Shown: positions 13,409-25,269 of the stretch, piece after piece
How the letters are laid out: each line of letters begins with the position of its first letter
Numbering within the stretch: the first letter of the stretch is position 1
Source: Mobula hypostoma
Lineage: Eukaryota
Assembly (NCBI RefSeq): GCF_963921235.1
Contig: NC_086097.1
Coordinates: 171,370,001-171,434,000, forward strand
DNA length: 64,000 nucleotides
Reading direction: 5' to 3'
Translations under genes and position numbers: made by a program
Notes under the pieces: model-generated
The model's database searches: none
What the model was told of the DNA's origin: nothing
The model's input: the letters and a program-made list of their open reading frames with translations, nothing else

Positions 13409-15570
13409 AAATTGGATAGGCAAGAACTATCTACGGGAATAAGGGTGAGGGGACACTTGACTGCAACTTAATATCGCAAGGGGTTCTGACAGCATGGATT
13501 CAGATTTCTTGATGATATACTGTAGATGGGGGCCAAGCCAGTCTATACCAGCTGGATTAACCCACTGCAGAGGAGTAAGTGTAACCAAACGCACAGTGCT
13601 GAGGATATGGGACTGGGAGAGGAACCTTACAACGCAGCTGAGTGGGTCAATTGGATTGCTCTGTGAGCTGGCACAGAGTGGACCAATCAATCTGTCTGTT
13701 AATCCATGTCATTCGTATGGCCAACTTGTCTACCTGCACCTTCTCAGGAATTGCAGCACTATATTCTGCATTCTGCTTTGTTCTTTACTACCTCAGTGTA
13801 ATTGCGTACAGAATGTGATGCTTGGATGGCACGCAAAACGAAAACACATCACTGCTTTTGTGCATATTGCTGGAGAAACTCAACCGCTTGAGCAGTATTT
13901 GTTGACATTTTGGGTCGAAATCCTGTATCACAATTGAGAATGAAAGGGCAGGTGGCCAGTATAAAGAGGTGGGGGGGGGAGGGAGTCTAAGGTGATCGGT
14001 TGACTGAGAGATGACAGGTTGTGTCAGGAGTTTGGAGTTAGTTGGAGTTGGGACAGTGGAGTGAAATGGGGGGAGTGGGATGGTGGAATGTGAAATATCT
14101 GGAATGAGAAATGAGATAAGCAACAACATGAAGGACCACCAGGGCTAGGCTGTGATAAGTAAAGGTGAATAGAGAAGCCATTAGGGGAGAGGGGAATGGC
14201 AGATGGAATCAAAACCAGAGAGGGGATGGATGGTGAAATTGTGGATGGACTGTGGTTGGATGGTGGAAAGTAAGCCAGAAGTTTGACTGAGTGAATAAAT
14301 AAGAACAGAAAATGCTGGAAATATTCAGCAGGTTGGGAAGAGCAACAGAGTTAATTTTTCAGGTTGAAGGCACTTCATCAGAACTGGGAAGGAGAAAAAA
14401 GAGGCACACTGAACTGGAGGGAGGATCACAGGGTTATAGCGGGTGTGTCTCTGATAGGGTAAAACTGGGATCTACACAGAGATTAACTGTAAACAAGGCT
14501 ACATTGGAGCATCAGTAGCTGAGAAGAGACCGATAGAAGTGCATAAGATTATAAGAGGCACAAATAAATAGTTTGATCTATTTCCCAGGTCTGAAGTTTC
14601 TAATACTTTCAGACATGCATTTAAGGTGAGAGGGATGAAAGTTCAAAAGGTATGTGCCTGGCAAGTCTTTTTTAAAATATAGAGCCTGGAATGTGCTGCC
14701 AGGTGTGATGATGGAGGCAGGTGCAATGGAGGCAGTTAATTAGTTCCTAGATAAGCACATTAATATACAGAGAACGAAGAGATATTGATCATGTGCAGGC
14801 AGAAGGGATGGCACAATATCATGGGTTGAGGGTTATGTTCCTGTGCTATACTATACTACGGTTTAGATTCTAAAGTGACTTGGTCAGTGAGTGAGAGAAA
14901 GGAGATATAGAGTGAGAACACAGGCAAAAGAAATTAGACAAGAGAATGCAGGAGTTAGAAATGCAGAGCAGGAAGACATGGTCAGATCAGGCTGGGCTTC
15001 TTCCCCACTTCCAGAGAGAGAACAATGGAAAATAAAACACAATAAACTGAGCCAATATCACCAATGGATGAGTGATACAAAATGTGGCTTGCACTCAGAG
15101 CTGCTTATTGCTGAGAATTCTGTAACAAATGGTGAGAGTCTGTTTCCATTGGTTGGATAGATAGTAACAAGAGAGAAATAAATTAAATCAGTCACCAATA
15201 AAAGAGCATTTTGATCACTGGAGCTATGGAATGAACAATCTTTCCGTTAACTGTGAGTACTGTTTGTAAAGTGAGCTGGTTCAGTATCAGTATTATTTCC
15301 TGCCTAGACATTGATAGGTCACATAAGCATCCCTAATAGGGTCCTAATCACTATTAAATTGCTACTGTCACGATAGTGCAGTCAGAAGTGCTCTTCTGAG
15401 ATTGGTTTGGTGCTGAGCAAGTTTTGCTTTACACCGTACAAGGCAGTCTTGGTAATGCATGAGACAGGCGCTGCGTGACTGAAATGGAAAGTATCCTGTC
15501 TTGCTGAATAAGCGCAAAACTGCTCTAGGAAAGCTACAGGAAAACACAACAAAAGCAGGGTGATTAAAAA

Positions 15571-16006
15571 ACTCTGCAGCTTAACTGGTAAGACTACTGA
15601 CTCATAATCAAAAGGTTAAGGGTTCAAATCCCCCTCTGGGGAATACAGAACAACAAGTGGAGTATGTTATTATATTGGAGCAGTTGCCTTTTCAGAAGGA
15701 TTGCTAAAGCAAGAACAGTCTGTTTTCTCAGGTGGATCTAAAGGATCTCACAATGCTATTTTGAAGCAGAAAAGGACAGTTCTGCCTGGTCTCCTGGTTA
15801 ACATCAGTCCCACAGCTAGAATCAAAAAATGATTAGCTGGCTATTTTCATATTGCTGTTTCCAGGAGCTTGCAGTATGTGCAAATTGGCCAATATAATTC
15901 CTACACTACAATAGTGACTTGCAACTCATAAATACCTTGCTGATTAAAAAGTGCTTCAGGACATCTGTAGTGAAGGGTGTTATAGAAGTCTAAGGCCGGC
16001 TTTCTT
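15571..16006 (+). mobile_element. Ancient DeuSINE (SacSINE1-like): tRNA-derived head, Deu domain, LINE-derived tail
   Basis: B-box GGTTCAAATCC at about 15621; ctcaggtggatctaaaggatctcacaatgctattttgaag and attgctgtttccaggagcttgc...gcaaattggc match my recollection of the Deu consensus; partial tails also at about 8430-8530 (minus) and 56525-56680. Confidence 0.7.
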
Positions 16007-16854
16007 AAAATTTGAAATATTCTCTTACTGATCCACAAAATGCACCAATCTACACACTTCCATCAGAATTTACACTGAAATGTTTTGTTGTAAATGAGTT
16101 AGTGCCTTTGTTAGAACAGCTTAGAAGATCTGGGTAACAGATTGTGCACTGCATCATCTTGAATGTTAGTTATCTGCATAACGCCAGATCCCCTCAATGC
16201 ATCTTCCTCATCACCCTCCACTATCACCACACCCCTAAGTACTGTGCAACCTTGAAAAGATGATGTTTCTAGTGAGTGGCAACATCTCCATTTAGTATTG
16301 TATCTGAAAGAGGCCACCATGAGTGTCAGTTTAGTTCATGTATTCATGACCCTAGAGGGTAAGAGAACCCATAATCTACTGACCAATGGTAGAAAGACAC
16401 TGAACCTGTAGATGTGGCTGACCTCTGACCCATGAGCTTAGGAAATGGAGGAACACTAATTCAAATTCCGTTGGTGCTCAAAATTTTACACCAACGAATT
16501 CAGAATGCTAAATAAATCACTTCATTTTGTCTTTAGTTTGCAATGTTCCAAGTCCATGTCAGGTGAGAACTGACATGAAAAGGATCTTCAGCAGTCACAT
16601 TCTCCACAGATTCCCACTGAAGCCCATTTGTTATCCCAGTGTCGCTGATGAATTTTTCCATTGCTCTGGATTCACGCCAAGAATTTCAGGTTCCAAACAT
16701 CTAATGAGAAGCAATCTTCTGAAAGTGGAAAGTGGTAAAAGTTTTTTTGCATCAGAAGGAATGCCCAGATGTAAGCAGGCACAGTAGGTGAATGAGGCGA
16801 CATCAAAAGCACGGGGATGACCTCAACAGAGATACTCACGACTGCCTCCTGCCT

Positions 16855-17342
16855 TCATGAGGCTGTGTCATAGTTCCCATACAGTTCAGCCAGGTGGTGG
16901 AATCGGGGACCCCAGTCGCAGAGATAATCGTAAGGTGGGTCTGAACTAGAGGCTATTGAAGAGATTGAACTTAGGGATCCTGCCAGTGAGCCACTCCCCT
17001 CAAATGCATAGGTCTGCAGGGAATCATAAGGGAGAGCAGAGGGATCCGTGTCCGCTTCCCTCAGCCTGTCGTTGATAAACTCTCGGAATACAGCAGCATC
17101 AGGCCCCAACCCAAGAGACTGCCTGCATACTGACCGAACTTCTGATTTTACGTTGTCACGGAGCTTGGCTGCTCGCCTCATGTGAGACCCTCTCAGGGTA
17201 GCAATGTTGAAAGCCTGGGTGTCCTCCTCTCCGCCTCCTTCGTCGTCGTATCTGATAATGTTCTCACACACATCGTCACCTTCGTCAGCTGACTGAGGCT
17301 CCTTCTTGTGTTGCCTGAGCGTAAGGAGGAGGAGAATAATTG
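16855..17342 (-). CDS. cdh19: Cadherin terminal coding exon: end of TM and cytoplasmic p120/beta-catenin-binding domain, stop TGA
   Basis: Acceptor ttttcctcctcag|CA; encodes ENIIRYDDEGGGEEDTQAF, ADTDPSALPYDSLQTYAFEGSGS and YDYLCDWGPRFHHLAELYG (ORF track 16855..17358). Confidence 0.96.
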
Positions 17343-17360
17343 CTGAGGAGGAAAACAAAA

Positions 17361-17960
17361 GAAAGTTGCGTTACAGGTAGACAAGGTGGTGAGGATAGCT
17401 TTTGTCACACTAACCTTCAGCAGTCAGAGAACTGAGTATCAAAGAATGTTATGTTACAGTTGTACAAGATGGTGATAAATTTGGAGTATCACGTTTTATT
17501 TTGGTCAGCATTTTAGAGGGAAGATGGTATTAAACTGGAAAGAGTGCAGAAGAGATTAGCAAGAATTTTCCTGGGACTCAAGGGACTTGGTTGTAGAGAG
17601 AGAGTGAGAAGGTTGGGACTTTATTCATTGGAATCTGGCAGAATGACTGGTGAGAGCTGTGCTAAGTCATGAGAGATATAAATACGGTGAGCACACAAAA
17701 GTCTTTTTTTCCCAGGGTTGGGGAATCAAAATCTAGAGTGCATAGGTTTAACGTGAGAGGGGAGAGATTCAAGAGGAACACGAGTGGCAATGTTTTTACC
17801 TAGAGAGTGGCCCATATATTCCATATATAGCCAAGCTACCAGAGGAAATGTTTGAAGCATTTAAAGGACACTTGGACAAGTACCTGAATAGGAGTTTAGA
17901 CTGACAAGGGCAAATGGGATTAGCTTAGATGGGTATCTTGGACGTCATGGATTAGTCGTA
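17361..17960 (+). mobile_element. Old CR1 3' fragment abutting the last cadherin splice acceptor
   Basis: Starts gaaagttgcgttacaggtagacaag (compare gaaagtcacgtcacaggtagacaag at 7061); degenerate LERVQKR and SRVHRF motifs. Confidence 0.75.
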
Positions 17961-18469
17961 ATTTGAAAAGATTCAGCTGGCCATTTGCAATACGATGATA
18001 ACTTGAAGCAGGATCCAGCAACCAACATTGTAGCTGGACTTCAACCACACTGAACATGTCACACAGCACCTTTCAATACACAAGGTGCTGGAAGATTTGA
18101 AACTTTTTATTCATTGAAGAGATGTGAGCTTTTCAGGCTAAGACAACATTTAATTGTCCATCCCTATTTTTCCTCGGAGACAAAAGAGGCAACAGAGATG
18201 GAAAATGCTAGAATCTGGAATAACTCATAAGACTGGTGGCACTACATATGTCAGGTCAGGTACCAGCATCCTTTGAAAAGGTAGTGATGAGCTGGTTTCT
18301 TGAACTGCTACAGTGTTTGAGTTGTGAGTACTATCCACAATGTTATTAGTGAGTTAAAATCTTGGAAATCTCTCAGTGAAAGAATATAGTTCCAAGTATG
18401 GATGGTGAGAGCCTTGGAGGGAATTTTCCAGATAGGGACTTGGGACTCCACCTATCGAAGACATCTTCT

Positions 18470-19382
18470 GTTCGCCATGACATCTAAAAGTTCGACAGAC
18501 TACCATGGGTGTGTAAGGGTGGGAATATTGACTGGCTGCATCATAGCCTGGTATGGAAACACCAATGCCCTTGAATGGAAAATCGTACAAAAAGTAAAGG
18601 ATACAGCCCAGTCCATCATGGGTAAGGCCCTTCCAACCATTGAGCACATTTACACAAAGTGTTGTTGCAGGAAAGCAGCATCTAACATCTGGGACCTCAA
18701 TCACCCACGTCATGCTCTTCTCGCTGCTGCCATTAGGCAGAAGGTACAGGAGCCTCAGGACCTCACCATCAGCTTCAGGAACAGTTACTACTCCTCAATC
18801 ATCAGGCTTTTGAACCAGTGGCAACAACTTCACTCAACTTCACTTGCCCCATCACTGAACTGTTCCCACAACCAATGGACTCACTTTCAAGGACTCCATC
18901 GCATGTCCTCGATATTTATTGCTTATTTATTTATCATCATTATTTCTTTTTTCATTTGTATTTGCAGTTTGTTGTCTTTTGTATATTTTTTTTGTCTTCC
19001 CTGTTGGGTGTGATCTTTCATTAATCCTATTATGGTTCTTGGATTAACTGAGTATGCTCTAAAGAAAACAAATCTCAGGGTTGTATACGGTGATATATGT
19101 ACTTTGATAATAACTTCACTTTGAGCTTTGACCTGCAGACTTAATTTCAAGGTCTCTTTACAACTCATGGTCTCAGTATTATATTTTTTTGAATTGCATT
19201 GTCTGCCTTATTTTGTATATTGGTTTATTGTCTGTCTTTGTCTGTTATGTATAGTTTTTTTTTTGTAAATACTATTATAGTTCTCTTTTATCCCTTTTAA
19301 AGGCCTGCAAGAAAATGAATCTCAAGTTAGGATATAGTAATATATACTGTACGTGCTTGGGTAATAAATTTACTTTGACCTT
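18470..19382 (+). mobile_element. Rex1/Babar-type LINE 3' fragments (two tandem tails)
   Basis: ILTGCIIAWYGNTNALE...ALPTIEHIY; 3' UTR shared with 1-280 and 9950-10281. Confidence 0.8.
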
Positions 19383-19484
19383 AAAAGAATCCAGTGATTG
19401 GAACTTCACAACTTTTGGGATGGAGCATTAGACAGTTTGATGACCCTTACACTGAGCCCTCCAGCACACCTCAGCCAAGGAGGA

Positions 19485-22091
19485 CGGGTTGCACTTGAAT
19501 CTGAGGGGGACCAATATCCTGGCAGGGAGGTTTGCAAAAGCTATTGGGGAGAGTTTAAACTAGAATTGCTGGGGGGTGAGAACCAAACTGAAGAGACAGA
19601 GGAAGAGGTGGTTGGCTCACATATAGACAAAGCTTGGAAACAGTGCGAGAGGGAGGATAGGCAGGTGATAGAGAAGGGATATGCTCAGACCAATGGTTTG
19701 AGATGTGTTATTTTAATGCAAGAAGCATCATGAACAAATCGGATGAGCTTAGAGCGTGGATCAGTACTTGGAGCTATGATGTTGTGGCCATTACAGAGAT
19801 TTGGATGCCTCAGGGGCAGGAATGGTTACTCAGAGTGCCAGGCTTTAGATGCTTGAGAAAGGATAGGGAGGGAGGCAAAAGAGGTGGGGGCTTGGCACTG
19901 TTGATCAGAGATAGTGTCACGGCTGCAGAAAAGGAGGAAGTCATGGAGGGATTGTCTACTGAGTCTCTGTGGGTGGAAGTTAGAAACAGGAAGCGGTCAA
20001 TAACTCTACTGGGTGTTTTTTATAGACCACCCAATAGTAACAGGGACATCGAGGAGCAGATAGGGAGACAGTTTCTAGAAAGGTGTAATAATAACAGGGT
20101 TATTGTGGTGGGAGATTTAAATTTCTCAAATATTGATTGGCATCTTCTTACAGTAAGGGGTTTAGATGGAGTGGAGTTTGTTAGGTGTGTTCGGAAGATT
20201 TCCTGACACAATAAGCCTACAAGAGGAGAGGCTGTACTTGTTCTGGTATTGGGAAATGAACCTGGTCAGGTGTCAGGTCTCTCAGTGGGAGAGCATTTTG
20301 GAGACAGTGATCACAATTCTATCTCCTTTACCACAACATTGGAGAAGGACAGGAACAGGCAAGTTAGGAAAGCGTTTAATTGGAGTAAGGGGAAATATGA
20401 AGCAACAGGTAGGAACTTGGAAGCATAAAATGGGAACAGATGTTCTCAGGAAAATGTATGGCAGAAATGTGGCAAATATTCAGGGGATATTTGTGTGGTG
20501 TTCTGCATAGGTACGTTCCAATGAGACTGAAAGGATGGTAGGCTACAGGAACCATGGTGTACAAAGGTTGTTGAAAATCTGGTCAAGAAGAAAAGAAAAG
20601 CTTGCGAAAGGTTCAAAAAACTAGGTAATGATAGATATCTAGAAGATTATAAGGCTTAAGAATGAAACTAGGAGAGCCAGAAGGGGCCATGAGAAGACCT
20701 TGGTGAACAGCATTAAAGAAAACCCCAAGGCATTCTACAAGTATGTGAAGAGCAAGAGGATAAGATGTGAGAGAATAGGACCAATCAAGTGTGACAGTGG
20801 AAAAGTTTGTATGGAACCAGAGGAGATAGCAGAGGTACTTAATGAATACTTTGCTTCAGTATTCACTACAGAAAAAGATCTTGGTGATTGTAGGGATGAC
20901 TTACAGATAATTGAAAAGCTTGAGCATATAGACATGGAGAAAGAGGGTGTACTGGAGCTTTTTGAAAGCATCAAGTTGGATGTCTCTGGGACCGGATGAG
21001 AGGTACCCCAGGCTACTGTGGGAGGCGAGGGATGAGATTGCTGAGCCTCTGGCAATGATCTTTGCATCATCAATTGGGACAGAAGAGGTTCCAGAGGATT
21101 GGAGGGTTGTAGATGTTATTCCCTTATTCAAGAAAGGGAGTAGAGATAGCCCGGGATATTATAGACCAGTATGTCCTTACTTCAGTGGTTGGTAAGTTGA
21201 TGGAAAAGATCCTGAGAGGCAGGATTTACGAACATTTGGAGAGTCATAATATGTTTTGGAATAGTTAACATGGCTTTGTCAAATTTAGAGAAGTGGATGT
21301 AGTGTATATGGATTTCAGCAAGGCATTTGATAAGGTACCCCATGGAAAGCTTATTGAGAAAGTAAGGATGGAGGCATAGGATCCAAGGGGACCTTGTTTT
21401 GTGGATCCAGAACTGGCTCACCCACAGAAGGCAAAGAGTGGTTGTAGATGGGTCATATTCTGCATGGAGGTCAGTGACCAGTGGTGTACCTCTGGGATCT
21501 GTTCTGGTACCCCTTCTCTTCATGATTTTTATAAATGACCTAGATGAGGAAGTGGAGGGATGGGTTAGTAAATTTGCTGATGACCTCACTACAGGAAGGA
21601 TGAGGAAACTATAGAAAGGGTGCAGAGGAGGTTTACAAGGATGTTGCCTGGATTGGGGAGCATGCTTTATGAGAACAGGTTGAGTGAACTCAGCCTTTTC
21701 TCCTTGTAGCGTCGGAGGATGAGAGGTGACCTGATAGAGCTGTATAAGATGATGAGAGGCATTGATCGTGTGGATAATCAGAGGCTTTTTCCCAGGGCTA
21801 AAATGGCTAGTACAAGAGGGCACAGTTTTAAGGTGCTTGGAAGCAGGTACAGAGGAGATGTCAGCACTAAGATTTTTACACAGAGAGTGGTGAGTGTGTG
21901 GAATGGGCTGCCAGCGATGGTGGTGAAGGCAGATATGATAGGGTCTTTTAAGAGACTCCTGAATAGGTACATGGAGCTTAGAAAAATAGAGGGCTATGGG
22001 TAACCCTAGGTAATTTTTAAAGTATGTATGTGTTCGGCACAGCATTGTGGGCCAAAAGGCCTGTATTGTGCTGTAGGTTTTCTATGTTTCT
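19485..22091 (+). mobile_element. Decayed CR1 LINE (ORF1 C-terminus, endonuclease, partial RT, 3' tail) with internal deletions
   Basis: DGLHLN-type ORF1 end near 19485-19540; NARSIMNKSDELRAW...YRPPNS...[13 protein letters not shown] and FADD; frameshifts and stops; ttctatgtttct tail. Confidence 0.9.
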
Positions 22092-22252
22092 TTCCCACCA
22101 GTGGGAGCTAGCATTTGCTGTTATTTATTCACCTCAATCCATCAGTGTAAGCCTCCCTTCCCTTCTTCACATGTTTGCCCAGCCTGCCATGAAATGAGAA
22201 AATACTATTGGGTTCACCACTCCCTGCAGATTGTCTCCCATTCTCACGACTT

Positions 22253-22819
22253 CAGACATCCTACCCTGCAAAAACTCATTTCAGGGAGGTAGCAACATCA
22301 ACTTGCGGGAGACTCCCGGAACTTCCGGGAGAGATGGGATGTCTGCACTGTAGCTCCTTAGCAGCTAGCCAGCTAGTTTAAATAACGTTAGCTATGCTAA
22401 TGAGGAAAAGACACCTGTTAAACTCACCTCAACATGTCTTTTACATTTTAACCCACCATAGGCAATAGAAAAGTCACTGTTGCAAACAGTGCAGCCAGCA
22501 ACACTGTCATTATTTTGACCCTTATTAGGCAGGGGTACACTTTAGTGTAGTCTGGGGTGACGTACGTTTTATATTTGCTTATTTTGGAACACTCTGCCAT
22601 GGCGTTCTCTCTCTCTCTGTCTCTCTCTCTCTCTCTCTCTTGTGGTCGCTCTTGCTCTCTCTCTCTCTCTCTCTCGTGGTCGCTCTCACACTGTCTCGCT
22701 TCCTCGCTCATTCTCAAAAAAATTGATTTGCGGGATATTGTATATAATTTGTGGGCACCAGGGAGCCACTATTAATATTTGGGAGTCTCCCAGAACTTCC
22801 GGGAGAGGTGGGATATCTG
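22253..22819. mobile_element. Non-autonomous DNA transposon (hAT-like MITE)
   Basis: Imperfect 13-bp TIR CAGACATCCTACC / GGTGGGATATCTG; flanks CGACTT / CTACTT (5/6 match, possible 6-bp TSD); internal CT microsatellite. Confidence 0.75.
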
Positions 22820-22988
22820 CTACTTTTTCACTAAGGAGGGAATTTGTAAGTTTAGCTACCTGTTTTATAACTTGACATGATTAATGTTGTTCCAAGATCG
22901 CAAGTCCTGATGTGAAGCACCCCCCCACATACTTTTCATCCCCACGGGTGACACACAGTGCTAGTAGAAAGGCAGTGAGCTTCCTCAC

Positions 22989-23240
22989 CTAATATCATCA
23001 GAAGGCAGACTACCACAGCAATGAGAGCTCCTGTGCTAAGGCCAGCAGGTAGCAGTAAAGTCTCAGCGTTGCATAGTTGGCCAACGCCATTGTTACTGCA
23101 TTTACACACAAAGACAGTGAGGGTATTGGTGCTGCTCCGAGAAGGCATCCCATTATCCTCAATCAGGATGGGCAGCAAGTAAAAGGCCTGTGACCGCCGA
23201 TTAAATCCAGTTGTCCGTGTCAGAATTGCAGCGGTGTTAT
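22989..23240 (-). CDS. cdh19: Cadherin exon, end of EC5 plus most of the transmembrane helix (DNTAAILTR...VCKC...LCNAE...GLSTGALIAVVVCLLMIL)
   Basis: Acceptor gtctgcag|AT, donor TTAG|gtgagg; 252 nt; SSTNTLT, EC5 cysteines and the GLSTGALIA juxtamembrane motif. Confidence 0.95.
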
Positions 23241-23309
23241 CTGCAGACCAAGACAATACACAAAATCTTTGTTAGGCAAAACAGTAAAATAAAATTACAG
23301 TAATTTAAT

Positions 23310-24020
23310 AAACTGTTATTATCATATATTGAGGTACAGTGAAAGACTGCTATGTACGCCATTCCTACAGATTGATCCTTCATTTAGTACTTCGAGGACG
23401 GACTCGGGAAAAGCATCAAAAATATTACAGAGAAAGTGCTAGGTCTTTACGAGGATGATTAGTGAGGTCAAGAGTTCATCTTAAGAAGTGAGGGGATCAT
23501 TCAATAGTCTTTTAACAATGGGATAGAAGGCATCCTTAAGCTTTAGTTCTATGTGCTTTCAGTTTTTGTATCTTCTGTCCAAAGGGAGTGAGAAGAGAGA
23601 ATGTCTAGAGTGGTTGGGACATTGATTATGTTCTTTGCTTTACTGAGGCAGCAAGAAATGTAGACAGAGTCCATGGAGAGAGTGCTGGTTTCAGGGTCTG
23701 CTGAGCCGTGCCCACAATCCTCTATAGTTTCAAGTGATTACGTGCAGAGCAGTTGCCATATCAAGCTGAAACGTATCCAGATGGAATGCTTTCTGTAATA
23801 TATTGATAAATATTGGTGAGAGACAAGGGGGACATGCCAAATTTCTTTAGCCTCCTGAGGGTGTAGAGGCACTGGTGAGCTTTCTTATCTGTGGCATCCA
23901 TGTAGCTGAAACATGACAGGTTATTGGTGATGTTTATCCCAGGGAACTTCAAGCTCTCAACCATCTCTACCTCAGCACCATTGATGGAAACAGGTGTGTC
24001 CACTTTCCCACTTCCTGAAG
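23310..24020 (-). mobile_element. Old Rex1/Babar-type 3' fragment
   Basis: PVSINGAEVEMVESLKFPGINITNNLS...KKAHQCLYTLRRLKKFGMS (ORF 23761..24078). Confidence 0.75.
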
Positions 24021-25269
24021 TCAATAACTGGCTCTTCTCAGTGTATGTGGCAAAGAGAACACCCAGCATATTCTCCATGGGTTAATATCAAAAGACATAT
24101 GACACAACACAGTGGTACATTAAGTCAAAGTCACTCTCGGTTGACATTCCTCCAATTTACATCCAGTCACAATGTCTGCTTGGATAACAAACATTATCCC
24201 TGTGGAACTATATATAAAGCATGCATAGGTTATTTGGCCCAACTTGAACATGCTGTTGACAAGGGCCTCCATCTGCACTTCCTCTTCATTCACAGAGCCA
24301 CCTATTCCTTCTGTTTCAAGTGTCCATCTACATTGCCAAAGTACCTGCGGCTTTAGTTCACCATGTCATATTCTGACCATTCTGTCCATGGTCTCTTGAA
24401 CTGCCACACTGAGGCCCAATGCAAACCTAAGGGACAACACCTCATATTCGGACATATTCCAGTCTTCAGGATTCAATATCAAATCCACTAATTTAAGATT
24501 ACTCACTTTCTGTTTATATCAGAATTGTCCAACTCTACTCAATATCATACAATCAGATCATTAGGCAAATCATTCTTTCTTGCGCAGAGAAAATAGAAGG
24601 TGGAGTTTGATCTGGGCAAGGATGAGTTGCTGCACTTTGGAAGATCAAACAAGGGGAAAACAGTTTAAAAGGCAGGACCCTTAACAGAGTTGAATGTACC
24701 AAGGAAGAAGAAAGAATGAGCGGATTAAGCTGAGTCTTTATCAATTGAGTCCATCTGATCAATTGCAAGGGAGTAGAAGATCCCTTAGAATAACGATGCA
24801 TCTCAGTGTGTACACGAGAAATTAAACTGTATTAGGTAGCTAAAAGAACAGAAGACACTAGAAATATTCAGGTCAGTTTGCATCAGTGGGAAAAAGAATC
24901 ACCCTTCTGGGTCAGAGATCCTTTGTTAAATACTCAACAGCCTGGCCTGCTGAGCATTTACAGCATTTTCTCTGTCTGTCGTAGATTCCTGACATCCGCA
25001 GCATTTGGTTTTCATGTGCCAATTGACTTAAATGAAACCACCACATTTAAAAAAAAAAGTTACAGGACATACAACAAGAAAAGAGCTCAGAGTTTCTCTA
25101 GAGCACTTTGGTAAGTTACAGTATTTTGGGGGCAGAAACATTTCACTCCCTCTGACAAAAGCAGAGACACACATCCATCTGCAGTTCCTGTAGGATTGGC
25201 ATTGCCCTTTACTGAATGCCAAGGTTCATGGACCTATCACAATGATCCTATATCACACTACAAAATGCA

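Noticed and set aside
15570..15643. tRNA-Met-like cloverleaf (CTCATAA loop, GGTTCAAATCC T-arm)
   Set aside because: Acceptor, D and anticodon stems pair poorly and the sequence continues into a Deu-domain SINE body; it is a SINE head, not a tRNA gene.
21182..22045. 287-aa minus-strand ORF, and similar antisense ORFs at 28608-29312 and 30111-30692
   Set aside because: Antisense shadows of CR1 ORF2; no independent domain motifs.
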